Origin: an uncultured bacterium
Lineage (GTDB): Bacteria; Verrucomicrobiota; Kiritimatiellia; RFP12; UBA1067
Reading direction: 5' to 3'
Assembly (NCBI GenBank): GCA_902802945.1
Contig: CADCOC010000017.1
Span: forward strand, 17,599-81,598
DNA: 64,000 bases
The notes beneath the pieces were generated by a model. It was not told where the DNA came from and ran no database searches. It was given only the letters and a program-made list of their open reading frames with translations. Position 1 is the stretch's first letter, and the number at the start of each line of letters is the position of its first letter. Made by a program: the position numbers and the translations under genes. Positions 9,106 through 17,276 of this stretch are shown in pieces.

Positions 9106-10875
9106 GTGGGGTTGACGAGAAGAGGATTCCTGAAGGGGGCTGCGGTCGGCGGCGCGATGTTCGCGCTGCCGCGCCTTGCCCGCGCGCAAAGCGCCGGCTC
9201 GGCGTACTCTGTGGCCGTTCTCGGCGATACGCACTTCGACCATGCGCTCCAGCCGGAGTTTGTCGCGTCGTACGGCGACTTGACGGAAGACGTGTCGGCA
9301 GCCGACATGGCGCGCTATACGGCGCAATCGACCTATCATGCCAATTGGGTTGAGAACAACCAAACGCACTTCAAGGAGTTTCTGCGCAACGGCGACATGT
9401 GGCGCGAGCGGTGTCCAAGCCTCGTCGCGGCGAGCGCGGCGCTGGCGGCATCCAACCCCACGCGCTTTCTCCTCCAGGTGGGCGACCTCGTGCAGGGGGA
9501 CTGCGGCAAGGCAACCGTGCACAAGCAGATGCTCCAAGACGCCGTGGCGGCCATTCGCGGTGGATTCCCGTCGGGGATTCCATTCCTGACGGTGCTTGGC
9601 AACCATGATATCCGGGGAACGGGTGCGCGGAACACCTACCTCAATTTCGCCCAGCCATTCATGGCCGCTGAAATCGCGAACCTGACGGGCGTGACACCTG
9701 CTGCGACGGCCTACCCGGTGTGTTCCTTCCGCCTCGGAGACGATCTCTGGGTGTTCTGCGATTTCGAGACGGTCGACATGAATCCGATCTGCGACGTGAT
9801 CGACGCCGATCCGTCGGCGCGGCACGTGTTCCTCGTCACGCACGGTCCGTTCACGACATGCGCCGCATGCACGAGCATTTATAACGCGCGCTGGCGCCTC
9901 GCCGGACGTGCGGGGAGCGAGGCTTCGCGTCCGCGCCTCTACGAGACGCTTTCGCGCCGCCATGCAATTGTTTTTTCCGGACATACGCATAAGACGGACT
10001 ACTACTGGCATCGGAACGAATACGGTGGATTCGCCGAGATGACCGTCAACTCCGTCTGGAAGAGCGAGGACCTTGCGACATCCGTTCCGCTCCACGACAA
10101 GGTGGACGACTACGTTTCTCCCTTGTCGAATGCTGATTACAAGAAGGAGATCGCCTACTTCCGTCCCGGGTTGAGGAGGTATTTCCACAACGAAGCGGCG
10201 GGACACTACCGGCTCAACGTCTCGGACGACGTGGTGACGATGGAGTTCTATCCTGGCGCAGCTACAACGCCCGCCCGTATCTTCACGATGTGGACGAAGG
10301 AGTCCGCCAATGGAAGAGGGTGGGTTGACGAGCGCGCGCTCGTGACCGGGACGACGGGCGCCTGGTCGCAGAACGTCGATTACGACTGGGATACCGACAA
10401 GGCGGCCATCGCGGGCGACCGCACCTTCACGCCCAATAAGCAGTCCAAGGGTAAGTCCGCCACGGTGACCGTCAAGATGCAGTTCACCGATATGGCGACC
10501 ACAGTTGACGCACCGGAAGGCGTCCAGGCCGCGGTGCAGCTCGGCGTGAACGGGCTTTTCCAGGTCTGGACGAGAACGGGGAACGGGGAACAGGGAACGG
10601 GGAACTGTTGGGTGGACGTTGAGGCCGATGGCGTGACGCCTCGGGCGGGCGTGGAATACACGTTCCGCTTCAAGATCGACTACGGGACGCGCCTCTACAC
10701 CGTTTCCGTGAAGAACGCGCACGGGAGCTTTGTGCCGCTCGGCGCGAACGGCGAAACGTCTTTTGCACTCGCATCGAACGCCACGCGCCTTTCTTCCGTG
10801 CGGTTCAAGGGCGGCGGCGTACTCACGTCGCTCAGGGGCGATTACGCCAGGGGGCTTGGCGTGGTCATACGGTAG
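9106..10875 (+). CDS. Tat-exported metallophosphoesterase with C-terminal beta-rich domain
   Basis: GTG start 6 nt after AAGGAG. Twin-arginine signal LTRRGFLKGAAVGGAMFALPRLARA. Metallophosphoesterase motifs are LGDTHFDH, VGDLVQGD, LGNHD, VTHGPF and SGHTHK. The protein ends RGLGVVIR. Confidence 0.9.
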   Translation: MGLTRRGFLKGAAVGGAMFALPRLARAQSAGSAYSVAVLGDTHFDHALQPEFVASYGDLTEDVSAADMARYTAQSTYHANWVENNQTHFKEFLRNGDMWRERCPSLVAASAALAASNPTRFLLQVGDLVQGDCGKATVHKQMLQDAVAAIRGGFPSGIPFLTVLGNHDIRGTGARNTYLNFAQPFMAAEIANLTGVTPAATAYPVCSFRLGDDLWVFCDFETVDMNPICDVIDADPSARHVFLVTHGPFTTCAACTSIYNARWRLAGRAGSEASRPRLYETLSRRHAIVFSGHTHKTDYYWHRNEYGGFAEMTVNSVWKSEDLATSVPLHDKVDDYVSPLSNADYKKEIAYFRPGLRRYFHNEAAGHYRLNVSDDVVTMEFYPGAATTPARIFTMWTKESANGRGWVDERALVTGTTGAWSQNVDYDWDTDKAAIAGDRTFTPNKQSKGKSATVTVKMQFTDMATTVDAPEGVQAAVQLGVNGLFQVWTRTGNGEQGTGNCWVDVEADGVTPRAGVEYTFRFKIDYGTRLYTVSVKNAHGSFVPLGANGETSFALASNATRLSSVRFKGGGVLTSLRGDYARGLGVVIR

Positions 10876-10896
10876 GGAAGAGCAAGGGAGACAACC

Positions 10897-13800
10897 ATGT
10901 TAAGCGTGCAACACAGAACAAAGGCGCACCTTTCCCTCGCGGTCCTGCTCGCGGCATCCGCCGCAACGGCGGCGGTGGGCAACCTCGAAAGCTACCATTT
11001 GCGACACGACTTCTCGACCGGGGCACGCGTGTTTATCGGCGGCCCGAACTGCCCGACGGACTTCATAGCCGACACTTCGACGGACAGCATGGCGGTCGTA
11101 GGGCCGAACGGCCCCGACAGTGCCATGCATGTTGGTAATTGTGCCGGTCAGTTGTCCATAAATGGTGTTCAGGTCAACAGCAACGATTCCTCTAGTACAA
11201 AAACTACGGATCTCGCCTTGAACACGAACGCCTGGACGCTCGCGATGTCGTTCAGACCAGGTAACGTCGAAAAGGGCATGTTGTTCTCAATTGGACGCTT
11301 GAACGGCGGTAAAAGCAGTGGCCGCATCGCCATCACGGTCTGTTCTTCATCCGACCCAAGCAAGCTGTATCTTCAGGAGTTCTACCGGGGGGCTGATGCA
11401 TACGTTCCTGAGAAGGGAAATGCTGTCGAGCTGACCGGGCTTGGCAACATGACGAACGCTTTCCATACGCTTGTGATGGTGTACTCGCCGTCGGACAAGA
11501 CGATAACGCCATACGTGGATGGAGCAAAGAAAACGGTGTTTACGCTCTCTTCCAAGACGACGACCAGTCGCGCTGTGGGCAACGCCTTCCACTACGGCTC
11601 GTTCCCGTCGATTACGGGAGACGTGACCGGATTCTCCCGGTCCTACACGAACAACGACGTGGCGTTCTACGACATGCGCTTCTACTTCGGCGCGTTCTCC
11701 GATGCCGACGCGGCGGCATACGCCGCGCTCTATCCGGCAGACCGCATGGGCTCGCCGTTCCGTCCGAACGCGTACATCGAGGCGGGCGCGACGAACACGG
11801 TCAGCGACGCAAGAAATATCACGACGCCCGTGAGTTATGTCGATACGGGATACATTGCAAAGAAGGGCACGGAGTTCGTCCTCGACTTCCAGTACTTGGA
11901 CTGCGCGACAATCCAGCAGTACGCCTTTGGCATCTGGAATGGCGACGCAAACTCGACCCCGACCGTGGACGGACTTACGCACTGCTTTTACATCAACACT
12001 AACAAGGGTTTCGCCTTCACCAAGTTTTCCGGGACCTCCGCCGACTGGCATGCGATCACGGCAAACAATGCAGCCGACCGTGTTCGCCGCATCGTGACAG
12101 TGAAAAACAAGGACACTTCCGACACGGGGTCAACTGCGACGATCCTGGCTTGGTCGGATCGTTCGACGATGGCAACCGCAAGCATAACCAAACCCCATTC
12201 AGTTGACGCAATACGCAGCACCTACCTTTTTGCAGTCAGTGCCAATGGTACGCCCAAGCGGTTTACCAAGGCGCGCATCTACTCCTTCGAGGCGGACGAG
12301 AACGGCGCCCCAGCCGCATTTTTCGCCCCCGACATGGATAACGGCGAGGCGGGTTTCCGGAACATCATCGATGGCTCTTTCCACGGCGACGGCAACAAGA
12401 ACAACAACCCCGAACGGACGCTCCGTTTCTACGACGGCGTTGGCCGCGCAAGCGACTACAAGTACGAGGGCAACACGCTCTACGCGAAGTTGTATGCCAC
12501 CTCCGGCGAAAACGGCACGGTGAGCATCGCGGGCGGCTCGGCGGCGGCCTCCGCCGAGGGCTGGGTTCCGCACAGCGGCACGCTCACGCTCACTGCGGTT
12601 CCCGATTCTGGATTCAGTTTTGATTGCTGGGAGGGTGACACGTGGGCGATTGCGGATGGCTTCAGCACGACGGACGCAACCATTGAGGTGTCCACCTCGT
12701 ATGCCGTGCAGCTGCGTGCAACGTTCAGGCGTGACGCCAGTCTCACCATTCCTGCCGGAGGCACGGTAGTCTGGAGCACTGGAGAGTGGACGGCGGCGGG
12801 TGTGGCCGTCCCGGCCCCTGTGAGCGGGACGGCGATGGTCAACGTGACAGGAGAGGCAACGCTCACGCTGGACGGAACGGCTTCGTTGGGCTCAATTGCC
12901 GTCAATGGCGGAAGCGGCGCGAAGCTGACGCTTGTCACGGCGGCCGACGCGGCCTTCAATATTGGAAACCTCGTCCTCAGCGGCGGCGTGTCGCTTGAAG
13001 TTCCGGCGGAAACCCTGACGGAGGGAGCGACGTTTGGGACGATTACGTCATCGGATCCTGGCGGCGTTCTGGTGATCGACGTGCCGGAGGGCGAATCGTT
13101 CACCAACGAGACGACGACCATTTCTGGCGGCTCCAACCTCCAGGTGTGGAAGACGGGCGCGGGAACGCTGACCATGACGAAGGTCAACTTCGGGTTCGGC
13201 GGCAACAACGTGACCTCGCTCGTCGTCAAGGCGGGCATTGTCCGGCAAGGGACGCCCAACAACGCGACGTGCGGAGCGAATGGCTCGCGCATCGTTGTCG
13301 AGGACGGCGCACAGTTCGACGTGAACGGCACCGGCAACACGGTTTACTACGATTTCACCATTTCCGGATCTGGCCCCGACGGACTCGGCGCGATCTCGAA
13401 CAAGAAGACGGTTTCAAACGTGTACGGCACGGCGTATCTCATGCGCGACATTGAGCTGGCGGACGACGCGGCGATTGGCGGCACGTCGTATGTCAGCCTG
13501 AAGTTTGGCGACTGGGTGGCCGGCAATATAGTGATGAACGGCCATGCGCTGGCGCTAACGAACGCCACGGTCTATGCGGGGAACAGGACGTACGTCGGCG
13601 AGGGTCGCATCGAAATCGGCGGCGGGGCGGCGCTGTCGTTCTACCAGCACAACTCCTCGGCCAGCAACTGCGTGGTGACGGTTTACGGCAATCTGAACCA
13701 GAACGCGGGCGGATTTACGGCGGTCAAGTCCCTCGTCTTCGAGAACGGCGCGAGTTTCTGGTCCAAGGCCACCACCGGACATCCGACCACGATTGTGTCC

Positions 13801-14151
13801 GACACGTACGCGCCGAACATGAGTTACACGGGGAGCGAATTAACCGGCCCGATCGTCCAGCTTGGCGACGCGCAGCATCTCACGCCGACGCTTGACCTCT
13901 CGCGCTTCTGCACGAACGGAGTCGAAGTGGTGTTTGCCGCCAACAATACGACATTCCAGCCGGGCGCCACGGTGTCCGTGAAACTCGGCGACCGTACCAT
14001 CGGCGATCAGGACGGCAAGAAGGTCGCCAGCTGGTCCGTCAGGCCGCAGGGCGTCAAGTTCGTCTGCGGCGACGAGGGAAGGAACTGCATGTTCGCGGCG
14101 GAAGCCGACGGGCTGTACATCTACAGAGGCTTCTCCATTTTCCTGTATTAG
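10897..14151 (+). CDS. Giant secreted protein, paralog of 4621-9081 (LamG-like + lectin-like module + InlB-B-repeat-like + PATR-like repeats)
   Basis: AGGGAG ribosome-binding site, then ATG. Signal peptide LAVLLAASAATAAVG followed by NLESYHLRHDFSTG. There is a near-identical block to 4621-9081 (KARIYSFEADENGAPAAFFAPDMDNGEAGFRNIIDGSF...). The protein ends RGFSIFLY. Confidence 0.9.
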   Translation: MLSVQHRTKAHLSLAVLLAASAATAAVGNLESYHLRHDFSTGARVFIGGPNCPTDFIADTSTDSMAVVGPNGPDSAMHVGNCAGQLSINGVQVNSNDSSSTKTTDLALNTNAWTLAMSFRPGNVEKGMLFSIGRLNGGKSSGRIAITVCSSSDPSKLYLQEFYRGADAYVPEKGNAVELTGLGNMTNAFHTLVMVYSPSDKTITPYVDGAKKTVFTLSSKTTTSRAVGNAFHYGSFPSITGDVTGFSRSYTNNDVAFYDMRFYFGAFSDADAAAYAALYPADRMGSPFRPNAYIEAGATNTVSDARNITTPVSYVDTGYIAKKGTEFVLDFQYLDCATIQQYAFGIWNGDANSTPTVDGLTHCFYINTNKGFAFTKFSGTSADWHAITANNAADRVRRIVTVKNKDTSDTGSTATILAWSDRSTMATASITKPHSVDAIRSTYLFAVSANGTPKRFTKARIYSFEADENGAPAAFFAPDMDNGEAGFRNIIDGSFHGDGNKNNNPERTLRFYDGVGRASDYKYEGNTLYAKLYATSGENGTVSIAGGSAAASAEGWVPHSGTLTLTAVPDSGFSFDCWEGDTWAIADGFSTTDATIEVSTSYAVQLRATFRRDASLTIPAGGTVVWSTGEWTAAGVAVPAPVSGTAMVNVTGEATLTLDGTASLGSIAVNGGSGAKLTLVTAADAAFNIGNLVLSGGVSLEVPAETLTEGATFGTITSSDPGGVLVIDVPEGESFTNETTTISGGSNLQVWKTGAGTLTMTKVNFGFGGNNVTSLVVKAGIVRQGTPNNATCGANGSRIVVEDGAQFDVNGTGNTVYYDFTISGSGPDGLGAISNKKTVSNVYGTAYLMRDIELADDAAIGGTSYVSLKFGDWVAGNIVMNGHALALTNATVYAGNRTYVGEGRIEIGGGAALSFYQHNSSASNCVVTVYGNLNQNAGGFTAVKSLVFENGASFWSKATTGHPTTIVSDTYAPNMSYTGSELTGPIVQLGDAQHLTPTLDLSRFCTNGVEVVFAANNTTFQPGATVSVKLGDRTIGDQDGKKVASWSVRPQGVKFVCGDEGRNCMFAAEADGLYIYRGFSIFLY

Positions 14152-14177
14152 CCTCTGGTAGGTAGTCGATCACCGAT

Positions 14178-14239
14178 CTTGTTGTTGTACGCTTGCTGTC
14201 TTTTCGCGTACGACAGCAAGCGTACAACAGCAAGTTTTT
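14178..14239 (+). terminator. Rho-independent terminator: 23-bp stem (one G-U pair), 11-nt loop, TTTTT tail
   Basis: cttgttgttgtacgcttgctgtc / ttttcgcgtac / gacagcaagcgtacaacagcaag / ttttt, lying between the convergent genes 10897-14151 (+) and 14243-15190 (-). Confidence 0.8.
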
Positions 14240-14242
14240 CGG

Positions 14243-15190
14243 TCACGTTTTCTGATACAGGTTGCGGAAGTCCCGCATCGTCATTGAGTAACGCTTCTTG
14301 AACAGGTTCTTGAGGTATGTGGGATTGGCGTAACCGCAGGCCGCAGCGATCAAGTCCATCTTCTCCCGCGTAGTGGCGAGGCGGCGCTTCACCTCGTCCA
14401 GTCGCCGTTCCGTGATGGCGTCGAGGATGGTGCATCCCTGCAGTTCGCGGAACCTGAGGTCGGCAAGACGTCGCGAACATTTGAGGTGCCGTACCACGTC
14501 CCTGACCCCGATACCCTCCAGCGCGTGCGCATCGATGTATGCCACGGCCTTCTGCACGAGTCGCCCGGCGTGCGACTGCTTTGCAGTGGACGCCCGCTGC
14601 ACGATCCCTTTCACCCCCACGAGGAGGATGCGCTTCTCGGTCGCTTTCCCGCGCATCATGCTGTCCAGGGTCTCGGCCGCCAGGCGGCCCTCCTCCTCGA
14701 AGTCGGGCTGCACCGAGGAAAGGCGCGGATTCGCGTTCTCGCAGATGAGCGTATCGTTGTCCACGCCAAGCACGGTCACTTCGCGCGGAACGGCGATGTG
14801 CCTTGCCGCGAGGACCTTCACGAGATCGAACGCGCGGTCGTCGTTCGCGGCAAGGACTGCGGCGGGGTGCTTCAGTTTCGTGGCGGCGTCCGGGGCGAAG
14901 AGCTCCTCGCACCAGAGCCCGCTGTCGTTCAGCTCTCGCCTGAACGCCGCGAAGCGTGCACGGCTCCAGTCCGTGACCGGATCGGAATGCAGAAAGGCGT
15001 ATGAGCGGGCATGGCCCTGCCCAAGCAGGAATTGCGCAGCCTCGCGTCCGATGGTGTCCGCTGAGTTGCGGATGAACGCGATGTTCGCGGAGCGCATCTC
15101 CAGCGCCGCCGAGTGGGTGTCCATCACGATGGTCGGGATTTCGGCCGCAGCTGGCGTTGGAATCTGGTAAGACCGCGACACTTCCGGCAA
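14243..15190 (-). CDS. XylR-like AraC-family transcriptional regulator (sugar-binding-like domain + AraC HTH), probably 5'-truncated
   Basis: C-terminal AraC HTH: VRDVVRHLKCSRRLADLRFRE...IAAACGYANPTYLKNLFKKRYSMTMRDFR. The N-terminal ligand-binding-like part is about 60-70 aa shorter than I expect for XylR-type proteins. The ORF opens only with TTG (15190) or an internal ATG (15124), and it abuts another gene remnant. Confidence 0.7.
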   Translation of the reverse strand: MPEVSRSYQIPTPAAAEIPTIVMDTHSAALEMRSANIAFIRNSADTIGREAAQFLLGQGHARSYAFLHSDPVTDWSRARFAAFRRELNDSGLWCEELFAPDAATKLKHPAAVLAANDDRAFDLVKVLAARHIAVPREVTVLGVDNDTLICENANPRLSSVQPDFEEEGRLAAETLDSMMRGKATEKRILLVGVKGIVQRASTAKQSHAGRLVQKAVAYIDAHALEGIGVRDVVRHLKCSRRLADLRFRELQGCTILDAITERRLDEVKRRLATTREKMDLIAAACGYANPTYLKNLFKKRYSMTMRDFRNLYQKT

Positions 15191-15399
15191 CGGTGAACGT
15201 GAAGATTTCGGCTGCGGACGGGAAGCGTCCGAAGGGCGGGACGTATGTCCTCACGACGTGCGGCGGCTTCGACGCGGAAGGCGTGACTGTCCAGCTCGCG
15301 GCGGGTGCGCCGGATTGGGTGAAGAGCCTTTCCGTCAATGATGACGGCAATCTGGAACTGGCCGTGAAGCGCAAAGGCTTTACGCTCATCGTCAAGTAG
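15157..15399 (+). pseudogene. Orphan C-terminal fragment (~75 aa) of a giant surface-protein paralog
   Basis: ...GGTYVLTTCGGFDAEGVTVQLAAGAPDWVKSLSVNDDGNLELAVKRKGFTLIVK matches the C-terminal domain and tail of the intact paralogs. There is no ATG, no signal peptide and no upstream body. Confidence 0.75.
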
Positions 15400-15404
15400 C
15401 CAAC

Positions 15405-15534
15405 GGCAACGGGCAAGATGCCCGTTGCCCCAGTTGCGGGCGAGACGCCCGCCACCCCGATAACGGGCAACACCCCGACAACGGGCGAGACGCCCGCCAC
15501 CCCGATAACGGGCAAGATGCCCGTGGGGCGGGCG
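15405..15534. repeat. Array of five short GC-rich hairpins (REP-like), including a 33-nt direct repeat
   Basis: Perfect hairpins GGCAACGGGCA-aga-TGCCCGTTGCC (15405-15429) and GCGGGCG-aga-CGCCCGC (15436-15452). gggcgagacgcccgccaccccgataacgggcaa occurs at 15438-15470 and again at 15483-15515. ACGGGCAAGATGCCCGT occurs again near 15507-15524. Confidence 0.8.
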
Positions 15535-15610
15535 GCTCGCCTCACCATTCCGTAGGCTGAACCAGGGCTTGTGCTTACAATAAAATCGGACTGCACATCA
15601 ATGGTGTAAC

Positions 15611-15709
15611 TTCCCCAAAATCATGTGTCTTGGCGCAACTTTGGGGAAAAATACGCACAAAATACTTTCATACTTGCCCAAAGTGCTGTGGTTATGATAT
15701 ACTTTGGGC
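15611..15709 (+). promoter_or_regulatory. Two 9-bp inverted repeats sharing a CCCAAA/TTTGGG core; the second brackets an extended -10 (TGaTATACT)
   Basis: TTCCCCAAA(15611-19)...TTTGGGGAA(15640-48). GCCCAAAGT(15676-84)...ACTTTGGGC(15701-09), with TATACT at 15698-15703. AGGAG then ATG 15734 follow. Confidence 0.5.
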
Positions 15710-15733
15710 AGCTATAAACTAGGAGCTGATACG

Positions 15734-17149
15734 ATGATTGGTAGAAAACACGAAATTGAACAATTAATTGCTACTTACGAATCAGGTCAATCTGAGTTCG
15801 TTGCCGTATATGGGCGGCGGCGCATTGGAAAGACGTTTTTGATTACCGAGGCATTCGGCAATCGATTTGCGTTTCACCACACTGGATTACGCGAGGGGGG
15901 GACAAAAAAGCAACTTGAGCAATTCCGTCTGTCGCTTCGCCAACAGGGGTATTATGATTGTCCGCGCATAAAGGACTGGCTGGAGGCGTTCTTTGAGTTG
16001 GAGCGTTTTCTGGAGAAAAGTCCGGCTCAACGGAAGGTCGTTTTCCTTGATGAAATCCCTTGGCTTGATACGCCTCGTTCAGGATTCTTGTCCGCTCTTG
16101 AGTCGTTCTGGAACGGGTGGGCCGTGTTCAGGAAAGACATCGTTCTTGTCGTTTGCGGTTCCGCCACGTCCTGGATTATCAAGAACATCATCCGAAACAA
16201 GGGTGGGCTCTACAACAGGGTGCGCACGCGGATCAAGCTCTTCCCGTTCACGCTTGCCGAATGTGAGAGCTATGCGAATTCCGAACTCCACCTCGGGTAT
16301 GGGAGGAGGGAGATCATGGAATGCTACATGGCGCTTGGCGGAGTGGCGTACTATTGGAGCCTTCTCAGGCGCGGATTGAGTCCGGCACAGAATTTCGACG
16401 CACTGTTCTTTAGTCCGCAGGACGGGCTCCGTACCGAATATGACGAACTCTACCGTTCGCTTTTTAGAAATCCTTTGCGGTACATGGAGGTCGTTGAACT
16501 TCTTGGGACGAGGAGAACAGGCTATACGCGAGACGAGATGATACGCGGGCTCGGAACTGTCAGCGGCGGCGATCTCACGAAGATTCTGGCAGACCTGGAG
16601 GAATGTGGTTTCGTGCGGAAGTACATGCCGTCAGGCCACGGCAAAAACGGCGGAGTCTATCAGCTCGTTGACGGCTACACGCTGTTCTATTTCTCCTTCG
16701 TCAAGGGGAACTCTGCGCGCGACGGCGATTTTTGGCAGCATTCTGTTGGAGATGGGCGTTTGAACGCATGGCGTGGCTTCGCGTTCGAGCGCGTATGCCT
16801 TGCGCATGTCGCGCAGGTAAAGGCCGCTTTGGGAATCTCCGGAGTCAAGACGGAAGCATATTCGCTTCGCGTCAGTCCAGACGAAAACGGACGGGGAGCC
16901 CAGATCGATTTGCTTATTGACAGGCGCGACGGCATCGTCAACTTGTGCGAGATGAAGTATGCAAACGGGAAGTATTCCATCACGGTCGATGAGTCTGAGC
17001 GGATAAGAAATCGAATAGAAGCCGCAAGAAAGCTGTTCGGCAAGAATCGTACCATTCATCTTACCATGATTACGCAAGATGGCATCATCCGTAGCCCGAA
17101 CAGCTGGGATGTCCAGTCCGTCATCACGCTTGACGACCTTTTCCGGTGA
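15734..17149 (+). CDS. ATPase (archaeal-ATPase/ORC-like P-loop) with C-terminal DUF234-like PD-(D/E)XK domain
   Basis: MIGRKHEIEQL...VAVYGRRRIGKTFL is the Walker A. VVFLDEIPW is the Walker B. The C-terminus has AQIDLLIDRRDGIVNLCEMKY, a D...ExK motif. AGGAG lies 8 nt upstream of ATG 15734. Confidence 0.85.
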   Translation: MIGRKHEIEQLIATYESGQSEFVAVYGRRRIGKTFLITEAFGNRFAFHHTGLREGGTKKQLEQFRLSLRQQGYYDCPRIKDWLEAFFELERFLEKSPAQRKVVFLDEIPWLDTPRSGFLSALESFWNGWAVFRKDIVLVVCGSATSWIIKNIIRNKGGLYNRVRTRIKLFPFTLAECESYANSELHLGYGRREIMECYMALGGVAYYWSLLRRGLSPAQNFDALFFSPQDGLRTEYDELYRSLFRNPLRYMEVVELLGTRRTGYTRDEMIRGLGTVSGGDLTKILADLEECGFVRKYMPSGHGKNGGVYQLVDGYTLFYFSFVKGNSARDGDFWQHSVGDGRLNAWRGFAFERVCLAHVAQVKAALGISGVKTEAYSLRVSPDENGRGAQIDLLIDRRDGIVNLCEMKYANGKYSITVDESERIRNRIEAARKLFGKNRTIHLTMITQDGIIRSPNSWDVQSVITLDDLFR

Positions 17150-17276
17150 GTCGGTCGGTGTTGCCTTTTTCATATGCTTTTGGTCGGATGCGGCCCAAAA
17201 ATTGCAGCGTGCCGTACTGTATGTGAAATCCTACACGATCTACACGACTGACAAAACAAGAAAGGACAAACAGACG

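Noticed and set aside
14148-15596. 482-aa minus-strand ORF spanning the AraC-like gene region and the hairpin array, with a repetitive GILPVIGVAGVSP peptide.
   Set aside because: It overlaps the well-supported AraC-family frame. Its repetitive N-terminus is just the translation of the REP-like DNA hairpins.
17079-17276. N-terminal extension of the FAD oxidoreductase ORF (start at 17079, overlapping the end of the ATPase gene).
   Set aside because: The extension overlaps the preceding gene's 3' end and the AT-rich intergenic region. A typical signal/anchor plus GxGxxG motif begins at ATG 17277.
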